Below, one piece after another: positions 9,023-19,120 of a stretch of DNA of 64,000 nt. The notes beneath the pieces are model-generated. The model was given only the letters and a program-made list of their open reading frames with translations, had not been told where the DNA came from and did no database searches. The stretch is taken from assembly GCA_963799775.1 (NCBI GenBank), contig CAWCYD010000003.1, positions 1,408,001 through 1,472,000 on the forward strand, read 5' to 3'. Origin of the DNA: an uncultured archaeon. GTDB taxonomy: Archaea > Thermoproteota > Nitrososphaeria > Nitrososphaerales > Gagatemarchaeaceae. Each line of letters begins with the position of its first letter. Position 1 is the stretch's first letter. The position numbers and the translations under genes are program-made.

Positions 9023-9437
9023 TCAGGCGACCTTTGTGCCCGGGGGCATCTCTTTGTCGGGGCGAAGAAGGGCCAGGTCGCTCTCGGTGAAAGACGCGAG
9101 CATCATGCATTCGGAGACGACGCCCGCGATGGGCTTGGGCTCGAGGTTCATCACGGCGACCACCTGCTTTCCTACAAGCTGCTCCTTCGTGTAGTAGGCC
9201 TTGATCCCTCCCGCGCACTGCTTGATTCCCTCGGGACCGAAATCGATTGTGAGCTTGTAGATGGGCTTCCTCGCCGTGGGTATGTCCTCGACCGTCAATA
9301 TCTTTCCAACCCTGAATTCGAGCTGGGCGAAACCCTGGAACGGGGACCTTTGGTGCCTTTGGAGGCCCTGCTACTGGAGTCTCGGCCGGTTGTGCTCCCG
9401 GCGCTGGAGTTGGGGCCGGTGCGGGTGCATTGGACAT
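9023..9437 (-). CDS. tRNA-binding OB-fold protein (Trbp111/CsaA-like); frameshift near 9335
   Basis: FRVGKILTVEDIP..RKPIYKLTIDFG...QCAGGI...NLEPKPIAGVVSECMML; Pro/Ala-rich N-terminus in another frame. Confidence 0.85.
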
Positions 9438-9555
9438 GCAAAGACCCTTTTGCCGTTCTGCAAATAAAGCATTGGGCCCCCCTCAGATTGCATGACGCTT
9501 TCCTAACAAACCCTCGCTAGTCATATATTCACCAGGGAAACGACGTTTGAAAGGA

Positions 9556-9726
9556 ATGCCTGGAAAGAAGCATCTTCGCGGCGTAGGTCCCAAGGAGCAG
9601 AGGGAGTACGAGCACATCAAGGAGAGCGCGGAAAAGTCGGGCCGCTATGGCTCAAGGGCGGCGGAGGTCGCTGCTCGGACAGTGATGAAGCAGCACAAGC
9701 AAAAGGGCCACGCGACCGGCAAGTAG
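9556..9726 (+). CDS. Small basic protein (ChaB-like / 'plasmid stabilization'-type stress family)
   Basis: 56 aa MPGKKHLRGVGPKEQREYEHIKESAEKSGRYGSRAAEVAARTVMKQH; below the ORF track cut-off. Confidence 0.75.
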   Translation: MPGKKHLRGVGPKEQREYEHIKESAEKSGRYGSRAAEVAARTVMKQHKQKGHATGK

Positions 9727-9773
9727 CCGCTCAAATCAGATAACGAGCGCGGTCCGACCCATCGGATTTTCTT

Positions 9774-10838
9774 TTAGGCTATCCCGATGGAGGTGAGGTC
9801 AGGCTTCTCGCCCCTTAGGGCCGGAATGACCCGGCGGCCATAGAAGTCGATCGCTCGCGACTGGTCCTCTACCGGGGCGTGGACCACGACGTGCGTGGCC
9901 CCCAGGCGCCCCAGCTCCTTGATGGCGTCGGCGTGGTCTCTTGGGTCTGAGCTCACCGTCCACGTCCTAAGAACCTCTTCGAGCTTGACCTCCTTCTCCG
10001 CGCGCCGCTGGATAGAGGCCGGGCTCACGTTGTCGTGGTATCCCTTCTCCCAGGCCTTCGGGATGAAGCGCCACTTTTGAGCGGCCTTCTTCGCTTCATC
10101 CGTCTCGCCGGGGATGGCCCAGTGCTCGACGACTATTGGCATCGAGGAGGCGTCCTTCCCTTCCGCACGCGCTCCTTCCTCGAAGGCGGCCTTGAGCTTC
10201 GGCTCCCTCAGGCTCTCCGCCCCCGTTATCATCCCGTCTCCGTATAGGCCTGCCAGACGCGCGGACTTTGGTCCGCCCGCTGCGATGTAGAGGGGAATCG
10301 GAGCAGGAGGAGGGTCGTAGAGCTTCCCCTCGACGCTCCAATGCTCGCTGTCTATCTTGACGTCGTCGCCCGTCCATAGGGCGCGGATTATCTTGACAGC
10401 CTCCACGAGGCGCGATGCGCGTTCCTCGTAAGGTGCCCAGCCACCTCCGGCGGCCCCTTCGTTGAGCTTCTCGCCTGTGCCTACCCCTAGGAAGAGCCGA
10501 CCCGGGGCCAGAGATGCGAGGCTGGCCCAGACCTGGGCGACGACCGCCGGTCGATAGCGAAACGTCGGGCAGGTCACTCCGGTGCCCATCATCACCGCTG
10601 AGGTTCTCTGCGTCAGGGCTGCGAGCGTAGGCCATGCGGCTGCGGCATGACTCTCGTTGGGCTGCCAGGGCTGGAAGTGGTCGCTGGTCCAGACGCCGTC
10701 GAACCCGGCGCCCTCAGCTTCGACGCCGAACTGGACGAGCGAGGGAGGCGGGAACTGTTCGCATGCGAGGACGTAGTAGACTTTGGGGATGCCCATGTTC
10801 GACCGAGAGCGCTTCCCAGCCTTCGACTTCATCTGCAT
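9774..10838 (-). CDS. F420-dependent LLM-class oxidoreductase (G6PDH-like family)
   Basis: EQFPP, AGFDGVWTSDHFQPW, GTGVTCPTFRY, LGVGTGEKLNE; may start at ATG 10796. Confidence 0.9.
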   Translation of the reverse strand: MQMKSKAGKRSRSNMGIPKVYYVLACEQFPPPSLVQFGVEAEGAGFDGVWTSDHFQPWQPNESHAAAAWPTLAALTQRTSAVMMGTGVTCPTFRYRPAVVAQVWASLASLAPGRLFLGVGTGEKLNEGAAGGGWAPYEERASRLVEAVKIIRALWTGDDVKIDSEHWSVEGKLYDPPPAPIPLYIAAGGPKSARLAGLYGDGMITGAESLREPKLKAAFEEGARAEGKDASSMPIVVEHWAIPGETDEAKKAAQKWRFIPKAWEKGYHDNVSPASIQRRAEKEVKLEEVLRTWTVSSDPRDHADAIKELGRLGATHVVVHAPVEDQSRAIDFYGRRVIPALRGEKPDLTSIGIA

Positions 10839-10928
10839 CCGCTCATCTGGGAGACTCCGCTCTTAAGAACGCGTGGTCAGATTCATCTGAATCAAATCTG
10901 CTGAGTAGGCCCTGGAGTTCCCGCGGAG

Positions 10929-13199
10929 TCACAGACCTAGTCGCAGAAGCTTGTCGGGCGTTATCGGAAGCTCCCTGACCCTGATCCCTGTCGCGTTGTA
11001 GACGGCGTTCGCGATCGCCGCGGCGGCCCCCGTGATCCCGATCTCGCCAATCCCCCTTGCTCCCAGGGAGTTGAAGCGCGTGTCAGGCTTGTCGAGGAAC
11101 TTCACCTCGATGTGGGGCACGTCGCCGTTCACCGGGACCAGGTAGTCGGCGAGGTTCGAGTTCACCACCCTGCCGTGATGGGGGTCGTAGTGCGTTTCTT
11201 CCGTCAGCGCCATCCCAATGCCCCAGACGATGCCTCCGATGAACTGGCTCCGGCCGGTGATCGGGTTAAGGACCTTGCCCGTGTCGAAGACGCCGAGGAA
11301 ACGCGAGACCCTGACCTCCCCAAGGTCTTTGTCGACCCTCACTTCCGCGAATTGCGCCCCGAACGAGTGGAAAGAGAACTTGTCCTCCTCCTCGCCCGGG
11401 CTGGACCTCGCCTCCCCTTGGACGGAGGGGAGGTTGTGCCGCAACATGACGTGCGAGAGGGACCCCTGGCGACCTTGAGCCCTTTGCTACGAGGCTGCCG
11501 TCCTTCATTCGGATGTCTCCGAGCGGGACTCCGCGCATCTCCGCCGACTTGCCCGTCCTCGAGAGCTTCGCCAGCTTGTGGATGGCGTCTTGACAGGCCT
11601 CCTTCACAGCGGGCATGACGCTCGCGGTCGTGGTCGACCCTGCGGACCTTGGGGCGGGCGGGAGGTCGGAGTCGCCAAGCCCTACTCTCACTTTCCCGAT
11701 TGGCACACCTAGAGTCTCAGCCGCGACCTGGGCGGCGATGGTGTACGTCCCGGTGCCCAGGCCCTGGGACGCCGTAGAGACCACAACGCTACCGTCGGGG
11801 AAGACGGAGACCCGGGCGGAGGCCGAGAAGCGACCTGCGTGATAGACCGCGGTGGCCATCCCCATCCCGACGAGGCTGTTGCCATCCTGCACGGAGCGCG
11901 GCGTGGCTTTCCTCTCGCGCCAGCGGAAGGCCTTCGCCCCTATCTCGTAGCATTCGTCGAGGTGTTTTCCCGACCAGGGCTTCCTCTTCTGAGGGCTCCC
12001 CTCCGGGCGTAATTGACCATCCTGAGCTCTATGGGGTCCATCTCGAGCTCGCATGCCAGCTCGTCCATCGCAGACTCGAGCGCGAGGGTCCCGCTCGCCT
12101 CGCCTGGACCCCTCATGTAGGTCGGGGGGGCGATGTGGACGGGTACTGCCTTGTGCGAGATCCACATGTTGGGGGAAGCGTAGAGCATCGCGGTGACTGC
12201 CCCGGCGGGTTCGAAGAACTCCCCCACGAAGGTGGTCTGGCTTACGACGTCGTGCCCGGTCGCGACCAGTCTTCCGTCCTTCCTCGCGAGGAGCGAGAGC
12301 CTCTGCAGCGTGGATGCCCTGTGGCCCGTGGAGGAGAACAGGTACACTTCCGGCTGAGCATCAGCTTCACAGGCCTGCCGACGACCTTGGACGCCATCGC
12401 GGCGAGTATCGGATGGTGCCCCAAGCTGCCCTTGGAGCCGAAGCCGCCGCCGATGTAGTGCGAGACGACCCTGACGTTCTCCTTACCTATCCCGAAGACC
12501 TGGGAGAGGGTGTCCCTCGCGCTGACGACGGCCTGAGAGGAGTCGTAGACCGTGAGGTTCCTTCCCTGCCATGTGGCGGTCGACGCCGAGGTCTCCATGG
12601 GGTTGTGGTGCTCCACCGGGATGACGTAGGTTCATCTCGATGGAGACAGTGTCGGGCGACTTTGAGCCGAAGGCCTTTGCGCCCTTGCCTCTGGTTGTCT
12701 GCATCGGGACGTCAGTGTGGTTGTGACGGAGAGGAGACGAGGCTCTGAGGATGTCCTCGACCATGTCGAGAGACGGCTCCTTCTCCTCGTACTCTACTCG
12801 AAGGAGCGAGGCGGCGTAGGCTGCCTGCTCGAGCGTCTCCGCCACCACGACAGCGACGTGCTGACCCGCGTACTGGATGACGTTGTCCTGGAGAGGGAGC
12901 TTGGTCTCTATCGTGAGCGCGTAGGGGCTCTTCTCAGGGTTGTGCAGGCGAGGGCGGTTCTCGTGCGTGATTATCGAGAGGACGCCGTCCGCTCTGCCGG
13001 CCTCATCCTGGTCGATCTTCTTGATCTTTCCGTTGGCTATCGTGCTCTGCACGACGCACGCGTAGGCCACGTTCTCCAGGTCGATCTCCGCGGAGTAGTG
13101 CGCCCTGCCGGTGACCTTGGCTGGGCCGTCGATGCGCGGGATGGGCGCGCCTACAGGAGATCTGGCTTCGCCACGCCGCTCGACAAGGACTGTGCCCAC
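10929..13199 (-). CDS. Xanthine dehydrogenase-family molybdopterin subunit (PaoC/YagR-like); several frameshifts
   Basis: Collinear fragments RIDGPAKVTG, HHNPME, GGGFGSKG, MRGPGE, GLGTGTYT, ARGIGEIGITG in different frames. Confidence 0.9.
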
Positions 13200-13204
13200 G
13201 GCTT

Positions 13205-14218
13205 TCAGCTCCCCGACCCCGTCTTGCCACCCTGCGACGACGTGACGAGCAAGGCCCGCACCATGGCCCTCTTGCAAAGTTCGACCTTGAAGCCGTTGTC
13301 TTCATGGGGCCGGGCGTCCCTGAGAGCTATCTCTGCGGCGCCCCGAAACTGCGGCTCGGTAGCAGGCCCTCCGATGAGCGACTCTTCCGCCTCTCTTGCT
13401 CTCCAAGGGACGGTCCCGACGCCCCCGAGCGCGATCTTCGCCGCCCGGATGACCCCTTCGCGCACGTCCAGAGCCGATGCCACCGAGACGAGAGCGAAGT
13501 CGAACGAGGCTCTGTCCCTCACCTTGAGGTAGTGGGAGCTCGGAGGTGAGGGCGCCCTCATCTCTACCCCCGTGATGAGTTCGGATGGGAGAAGAGCGTT
13601 CTCGATGTGCGGGGTCTGGCCCGGAAGCTTGTAGAAGTCACCTATGGGGATGGACCGCTCCGCCCCGTCGACCGTCCTCGTCAACACGGTCGCGTCGAGG
13701 GCGGCCAGTGCGACGCAAAGGTCAGAAGGATGGGTCGCGATGCAGCTCTCGCTCGTCCCCAGGACCGCGTGGGCCCTGTTGAGACTCCCCATCGCGGAGC
13801 AACCCGAACCGGGAGACCGCTTGTTGCAGGCGAAGGAGGTGTCCCGGAAGTAGTAGCAGCGCGTGCGCTGGAGGAGGTTCCCGCCGATCGTGGCCATGTT
13901 CCTAAGCTGGTGCGAGGCGCCGGACTTGAGCGCCTGCGAGACGAGGGGGTAGCGTTCCTTGACCAGGGAGTCCTCGGCCACCACGCTGTTTCGCGCCATC
14001 GCCCCTATCCTCAGGCCCGAGTCCTGCCCGGGGATCGGCTCTATGCGATCCAGGGCGAGACGGCTGATGTCGATGAGGAGGGCAGGTTCCTCCACTCCGA
14101 GCTTCATCAGGTCGATCATCGACGTCCCTCCGGCGACGAAAGAGGCCCCAGCCTGGGTGTGGGCCGCATCCAGGGCCTGCTCTTCGCTCTCTGCACGGAG
14201 GTAGCGGAAGGGTTTCAT
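13205..14218 (-). CDS. Xanthine dehydrogenase-family FAD subunit (PaoB/YagS-like)
   Basis: AGGTSMIDLMK, QLRNMATIGGNLLQRTRCYYF with the CNKR..GSGC Fe-S insert, KVRDRASFDFAL. Confidence 0.93.
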   Translation of the reverse strand: MKPFRYLRAESEEQALDAAHTQAGASFVAGGTSMIDLMKLGVEEPALLIDISRLALDRIEPIPGQDSGLRIGAMARNSVVAEDSLVKERYPLVSQALKSGASHQLRNMATIGGNLLQRTRCYYFRDTSFACNKRSPGSGCSAMGSLNRAHAVLGTSESCIATHPSDLCVALAALDATVLTRTVDGAERSIPIGDFYKLPGQTPHIENALLPSELITGVEMRAPSPPSSHYLKVRDRASFDFALVSVASALDVREGVIRAAKIALGGVGTVPWRAREAEESLIGGPATEPQFRGAAEIALRDARPHEDNGFKVELCKRAMVRALLVTSSQGGKTGSGS

Positions 14219-14766
14219 CGGCCCCGAGACCTCCGCTTATCCGAGTCTTCGCGTACCTCCGCGACGTCCATTATTGCGTCCACTATGTTCGGGTAGGCGC
14301 CGCAGCGACAGATGTTCCCGCTCATCATCTCCCTCACTTGGGCCTCCGTCACTCCCTTGCGCTCCCAAAGGAGCCCCACGGCGGACATTATCTGCCCTGG
14401 CGTGCAGTAGCCGCACTGGAACGCGTCATGCTCGATGAACGCCTCCTGCATTCGGCTGAGCGTGCCTCCCTTCTCTAGGCCCTCTATCGTCGTGATCGAC
14501 CTTCCCTCGCACATCACGGCGAGCATCATGCATGAATCGACCGGGATGCCGTCGACCAGTACCGTGCAGGAGCCGCATTGTCCGTGGTCACAACCTTTCT
14601 TCGTCCCCGTCAGCTTCAGCTTCTCGCGGAGGGCGTCCAGGAGCGTCAGCCTCTCGTCAATGAGCATGTCATGGACGGTCGCGTTCACGTTCAGCTTCAG
14701 AGGAACACCCTTGTGGTGCGCGTCGCCGGCCTGCTTCCTGCTCAACGCGGGTCTATCGGGAGCCAT
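14215..14766 (-). CDS. Xanthine dehydrogenase-family 2Fe-2S subunit (PaoA/YagT-like)
   Basis: GTKKGCDHGQCGSCTV, QCGYCTPGQ, GNICRCGAY. Confidence 0.93.
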   Translation of the reverse strand: MAPDRPALSRKQAGDAHHKGVPLKLNVNATVHDMLIDERLTLLDALREKLKLTGTKKGCDHGQCGSCTVLVDGIPVDSCMMLAVMCEGRSITTIEGLEKGGTLSRMQEAFIEHDAFQCGYCTPGQIMSAVGLLWERKGVTEAQVREMMSGNICRCGAYPNIVDAIMDVAEVREDSDKRRSRGR

Positions 14767-14986
14767 CGATAAAAAACTGCCAGCGTCGTTACTATTAGTG
14801 GGCTCATAGCCTACCGCGTGGATTCCTAAGAAGCGGTCTCGCCTCGGAGTCCTACAGGCCCTTGCACGCAGTGATACGTGAACTGCGCGATGCGGGGGGA
14901 CCGCCAGAAAGTGACGTCACGACAGCATCGCCGTACATGTGGGATCAGACCGGAATGCGACCACCCTTTGGTGGCCGCGCGTCTCG

Positions 14987-15154
14987 CTAGAGCGATTCGC
15001 CGAATAGCAACGCCAGGAGGAAGAGGGCCACGAAGACGACGATGAGTATCTCCGCGATCTCCATGGAAAGTCCGGCGAGTCCTCTCGCGCCGAAGATGTA
15101 TGCCACGAAGGCGATTATCAAGAACAGGACTGCGAGCCCGATTAGGTCGACCAT
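14987..15154 (-). CDS. UPF0391/DUF1328 small membrane protein
   Basis: 55 aa MVDLIGLAVLFLIIAFVAYIFGARGLAGLSMEIAEILIVVF; not in the ORF track. Confidence 0.8.
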   Translation of the reverse strand: MVDLIGLAVLFLIIAFVAYIFGARGLAGLSMEIAEILIVVFVALFLLALLFGESL

Positions 15155-15279
15155 TCTGTTTTCACCACGTTACACAGGCTTCTACCTTTATCTTGAGATA
15201 CGCAGGCGTCTCCATAAGATAGTTAGCAAAGAAAACCACCGGATTGGTGGTCCCAAGTTGGCCCCCGACCACCTAAATA

Positions 15280-15992
15280 ATGAGGTCGGCTTTTGACACC
15301 GCGCGCAGCAGGTTGGAAGAGGGAGAAGAAAGCAGGAGCGCTTCAGGTCCGCCGCCTCGCATCAAGCTAAGGATAGAATCGCTCTCGGACCTTGTCTTCG
15401 GGCTCGCCCTCTCGATTGGGGCGCTCATCCTCGCGGGGAGCTTGCCGTCGAATGGGAGCGTCCTGGCAATCAGGGTCATCGAGTTCGGGTTCGGCTTTCT
15501 CATAGTGATTATGACGTGGCTCGGATATTCGAGGATCATGGCCGTCCTTCCTGTCGAGGTGCCTTTTGCACTGGTTGCGAACATCCTACTCCTCTTTCTG
15601 GTCGTTCTCGAGCCATACCTTCTCTACGTGCTTTTTTCGGCGCAGACCGACGCTCTGGCAAGCACGTTCTCTATCGCATATGGCCTCGACGTCGGCGGGT
15701 TGTTCTTCATGCAGGCCCTGCTGGCGTATCTGGTGCTCAAAGAGGCCGGGTCGGGCGAGCATGGGCAGGCCAGCCTGCATCCCGTGGTGCTGAAGAGGTT
15801 CAAGAGGATAGCGAGGGCCGACGCGGTGATAGCGATCGTCTTCGTCGTCTCCACGCTCCCGATTTTTTGGATCGACACGCCGATAGATACCTCCGATTCT
15901 AGATGTGGTACTCTTCCTTCATCATCTTGTTCGCCGCTATACCGGTTCGAAGGCGTGACGAGGGAGCAGCGCCTAGAGCGCCAAAGCAATGA
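15280..15992 (+). CDS. TMEM175-family (DUF1211) potassium channel; C-terminus interrupted by a frameshift and an in-frame TAG
   Basis: RIESLSDLVFGLALSI signature and multiple TM helices; last helix continues in another frame as YLRF*MWYSSFIILF. Confidence 0.8.
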
Positions 15993-16022
15993 CATCGGCT
16001 ACACAATTTCCATATACCGTAT

Positions 16023-16589
16023 ATGGCCTACATCACGGGGTCGATGGGTTTGCGGGGCCGCTTGCACGCTGGAGACGACGTCCCGAACGAGGTCAACGTC
16101 GTGATAGAGATTCCAAGGGGGAGCGACGTAAAGTACGAGATGGACGAGAAGACGGGGTTCGTGTTCGTCGACAGGTTCCTCTACACCTCGACGCACTATC
16201 CGTTCAACTACGGGTTCATCCCGCGGACCCTGAGCCAGGACGGGGCACCGCTCGACGTCCTCGTGATAACCGAGGGCCCCGTCTACCCGATGTCCGTCAT
16301 CCGCTCGAGGCCGATCGGGGTGTTGCTCATGGAGGACGAGGGCGGACCGGACGCGAAGCTGGTCGCTGTCCCGGCGAAGCACATCGACCCGACATACTCT
16401 GACGTCGAGCACATCATGCAGATACCCGCGTTCACGCGGAAGCAGATCGAGCACTTCTTCAGCCACTACAAGGAAGGCGAGCCAGACAAGTTCGTCAAGG
16501 TGGACAAGTGGGAGGACCAGAAGGCGGCGAAGGCCCTGATCAGGGCGGCGGTGAAGCGGGCCGAACGAGCGGAGTCGAGAAGGCGCTAG
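16023..16589 (+). CDS. ppa: Family I inorganic pyrophosphatase
   Basis: IEIPRGSDVKYE, DRFL, YPFNYGFIP, PLDVLV, MEDEGGPDAK, HFFSHYK. Confidence 0.92.
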   Translation: MAYITGSMGLRGRLHAGDDVPNEVNVVIEIPRGSDVKYEMDEKTGFVFVDRFLYTSTHYPFNYGFIPRTLSQDGAPLDVLVITEGPVYPMSVIRSRPIGVLLMEDEGGPDAKLVAVPAKHIDPTYSDVEHIMQIPAFTRKQIEHFFSHYKEGEPDKFVKVDKWEDQKAAKALIRAAVKRAERAESRRR

Positions 16590-16630
16590 ACCCGTGACTT
16601 ATTTAGCCCCCAAATTTTAGACGCCCCTGC

Positions 16631-16720
16631 GGGCCGGTCGTCTAGTTTGGTAGGATAGCCCCTTGGCAAAGAAATCCAAACTGGGGCAGGTCGGGGGTCC
16701 GAGTCCCCCCCGGTCCACCA
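16631..16720 (+). tRNA. tRNA-Ala(GGC) with a 13-nt intron at position 37/38 (16669-16681); CCA encoded
   Basis: Acceptor GGGCCGG/CCGGTCC with G3.U70; anticodon arm GCCCC-TTGGCA^...^T-GGGGC; TTGG/CCAA central helix; T loop reads TCCGAGT. Confidence 0.93.
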
Positions 16721-16786
16721 CTTTTCGTTAACTATCGAGTTTTAATTCGTCAGGATGCTCTTATGTGAAGCGCTAAGGAAACGCCG

Positions 16787-17152
16787 ATGATCAACTGGGC
16801 CTACGTCGCGGGCTTCTTTGATGGTGAAGGCAGTTTGCACATGGACCGATACGAGTCGACAGTCCAACTTCGAATCGATAATACCTTCCGGAGAGCGATT
16901 GTAGAAATAAAGTCGTTCGTCAAGTGCGGAACCATCTCTAACCGGGGAAGAGCGAAGCCCTATCACAAAGATCGCATTAGATTGACAGTGTCAAATCACT
17001 CGGATGTCCTAAGGATTCTCGAAGGAATGCTCCCATACCTGATTGTTAAGAGGGAACGGGCGGAGGCCATGATTGGATACATCAGGGGAAGGAAATGGAG
17101 AACCTTTCCGACGGAGATGACATCAATCATAACCCCGGTCCACATCAAATAA
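16787..17152 (+). CDS. Single-motif LAGLIDADG homing endonuclease-like protein (free-standing)
   Basis: WAYVAGFFDGEGS motif, CGTI, ILEGMLPYLIVKRERA C-terminal pattern. Confidence 0.88.
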   Translation: MINWAYVAGFFDGEGSLHMDRYESTVQLRIDNTFRRAIVEIKSFVKCGTISNRGRAKPYHKDRIRLTVSNHSDVLRILEGMLPYLIVKRERAEAMIGYIRGRKWRTFPTEMTSIITPVHIK

Positions 17153-17304
17153 GCTTATTTTCACCTCTATTTGGCAATCAAAGCTTGAAATATGGCGCCA
17201 TGACCACCGCCAGCGCAGCGCGAGCCCAAGAAAAATCAGGAGGAAAGACACGATCAGAAGGCCGTTGTCAGGCGGCCTGGACGCTTCGTGCTATGGCGCC
17301 GTGC

Positions 17305-17595
17305 TTAACCGAGGAGGCTTGGCAAGACCTTGTCTGAGCTCTTGCTGCCGTCCAGCGAGACTATCCCGCTTATCTCGTCGTAGACTCTCAGGAAATGAAG
17401 GCCCTGCTCGGTGAGCTTGTATTGTGCGCTTTCTGCTTCGAAGCTGATCAGTTTCCTTTCCGTCAGGAACTGGATGTATTCCTGGACCTGGGCATATGAG
17501 AGAAACGCGCTGTACATCAACCTCGTCTTCGACGCGCCATTCATCGCCGCTTGCAGAATCATTGAGATTATGTCGGTCCTGCTTCTGTACTTCAT
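17305..17595 (-). CDS. Winged-helix regulator (HTH_45 family)
   Basis: MKYRSRTDII...GASKTRLMYSAFLSYAQ...YKLTEQG. Confidence 0.9.
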   Translation of the reverse strand: MKYRSRTDIISMILQAAMNGASKTRLMYSAFLSYAQVQEYIQFLTERKLISFEAESAQYKLTEQGLHFLRVYDEISGIVSLDGSKSSDKVLPSLLG

Positions 17596-17692
17596 GCAGC
17601 CATGTTATGCTATCGTTCTCTATATTAAGTCTGTGGAACAATCTTCAGGCACCGTCTCATGAGTCGTTGGTCCGAGTCCATCGACTTTGAAG

Positions 17693-17968
17693 CTAACCTA
17701 CTTCGACGAGTTCCTTGACTCTCTTCACCTTGGCCACAGCGTATGACCAAAGCACCCCGTTTTCCTTCATTCCCTTCATGTCGATGAGCTTGTCCGACCT
17801 GAAGGTCACCCTCCTGCCCCCTTCATCGCGAAGTGCCACTTCGTATCCCCGCAAGATATTGCTGAACGTCTCCCACGCCTTCACATCGGCGGCGTATTCG
17901 TACCCCTCTAGTTCCTCTTCTACGAATGGAGAGCCTTCGCGATCGGGATACACATTATCCTGTGACAA
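17693..17968 (-). CDS. Hypothetical protein
   Basis: 91-aa ORF with TTTATA box upstream near 18001-18006. Confidence 0.6.
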   Translation of the reverse strand: MSQDNVYPDREGSPFVEEELEGYEYAADVKAWETFSNILRGYEVALRDEGGRRVTFRSDKLIDMKGMKENGVLWSYAVAKVKRVKELVEVG

Positions 17969-18162
17969 GAGGGATACAGCCTTGTTGGTTCGATGCGCTC
18001 TATAAAACAGATTTCGACAATGTTATGTTCTCTTTCTTGAGTCTCTCCTGGCAACATTCAGGCTTATCCGGCCGCCACGGCGGGCGCGAAAATCAAGGAC
18101 CCGCCCGATTTTATTCACGCTCACCTAGGTTCCTCAGAGAATGAGGTTGAGAATCTTAGGCT

Positions 18163-18486
18163 TCATCGGTCAGCGGGAAATCGATCGTTGGCTTCGGGGA
18201 GTTCCGTCGACGCCTTCCCGACGTTAGTTGTGACCACTGCGTTTCGCCCCTTGTTTGTGAGGAAGTAGTGCACGACGAATCCGTCTCCCTTGCCCTCGAT
18301 GAGGCCCTCTGACACGAGCTGGTTCACCGCGCCGATAAAATGCCCCCACGGATACTTTGGATTGGTACGATACAAGTCGCGCAGCGTCATTGGGAGGGCG
18401 TCCCCACCAAATGCAGAGAGAACGTACTTCAGAACTTCGTCTTGTGGATAGCCGTCAGGTTCCATGAAAGCTCCCCCGGAGGTCAT
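18163..18486 (-). CDS. Winged-helix hypothetical protein
   Basis: AVNQLVSEGLI...YFLTNKG wing motif. Confidence 0.6.
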   Translation of the reverse strand: MTSGGAFMEPDGYPQDEVLKYVLSAFGGDALPMTLRDLYRTNPKYPWGHFIGAVNQLVSEGLIEGKGDGFVVHYFLTNKGRNAVVTTNVGKASTELPEANDRFPADR

Positions 18487-18640
18487 AGAAAGTCCTCCTA
18501 CACCTTTTCATGTGTAATACGACGTGACTATATACGCCTTCTTCGCTCCCTAAAATGGCTCCTCCAACCATATTATGCGAGCATTTGGGGGAAATGTTTA
18601 ATTTATCCAAGCTCTATGGGACTGGTAAGACTGAGAACGT

Positions 18641-19120
18641 ATGAGCGGCAGGCATGGAAAGTTAACTCAAGTCGATAGGAAGCTGTTGAAGATACTGCTG
18701 AATCCAGATGGGCATCCCTCATCAGCGCAAATCTCTAAGAAGCTAGGCATACCTGCGACGACGGTCCAAAGGAGGCGCAAGAGGCTGGAGAAGGACTTTC
18801 TGACTCTGACTTACTCTTTCAACCTGGAGAGGTTTGGGTGGCGCAAGGTCGAGTTCCTTCTCGCGACTGAGCGCGGCAAGACTACCCAGGTAGCACACGA
18901 GCTTCTGAAGCGAGATGATGTCGTCTATGTCGGCAGAAGCATTGGGCAACAGACGATCGACCTGAGGGTGGAGACGGTATTGAAAGGTAACTCTGAGATC
19001 CTCCAGATGCAGGAAATCCTGAAGGCGATGGACGGCGTTAGGGAGGTCGTCTGGACGGAGATCGTCGAGGTGATCGGAAGGAAGTCTTCCATACCATCCC
19101 GAATCATCGACGAGCTCTGA
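18641..19120 (+). CDS. Lrp/AsnC family regulator
   Basis: DRKLLKILL..SAQISKKLGIPATTVQRRRKRLE; C-terminal RAM-like domain. Confidence 0.88.
   Translation: MSGRHGKLTQVDRKLLKILLNPDGHPSSAQISKKLGIPATTVQRRRKRLEKDFLTLTYSFNLERFGWRKVEFLLATERGKTTQVAHELLKRDDVVYVGRSIGQQTIDLRVETVLKGNSEILQMQEILKAMDGVREVVWTEIVEVIGRKSSIPSRIIDEL

Noticed and set aside
7144-15902. Amber recoding (pyrrolysine)
   Set aside because: Conserved genes such as ppa, rpl2 and rpl3 end at TAG at the expected lengths, and no pyl genes are in the window.
16721-17143. LAGLIDADG ORF as part of a long tRNA intron
   Set aside because: The tRNA is complete with CCA before the ORF; the downstream copy is only 11 bp and no BHB brackets the ORF.
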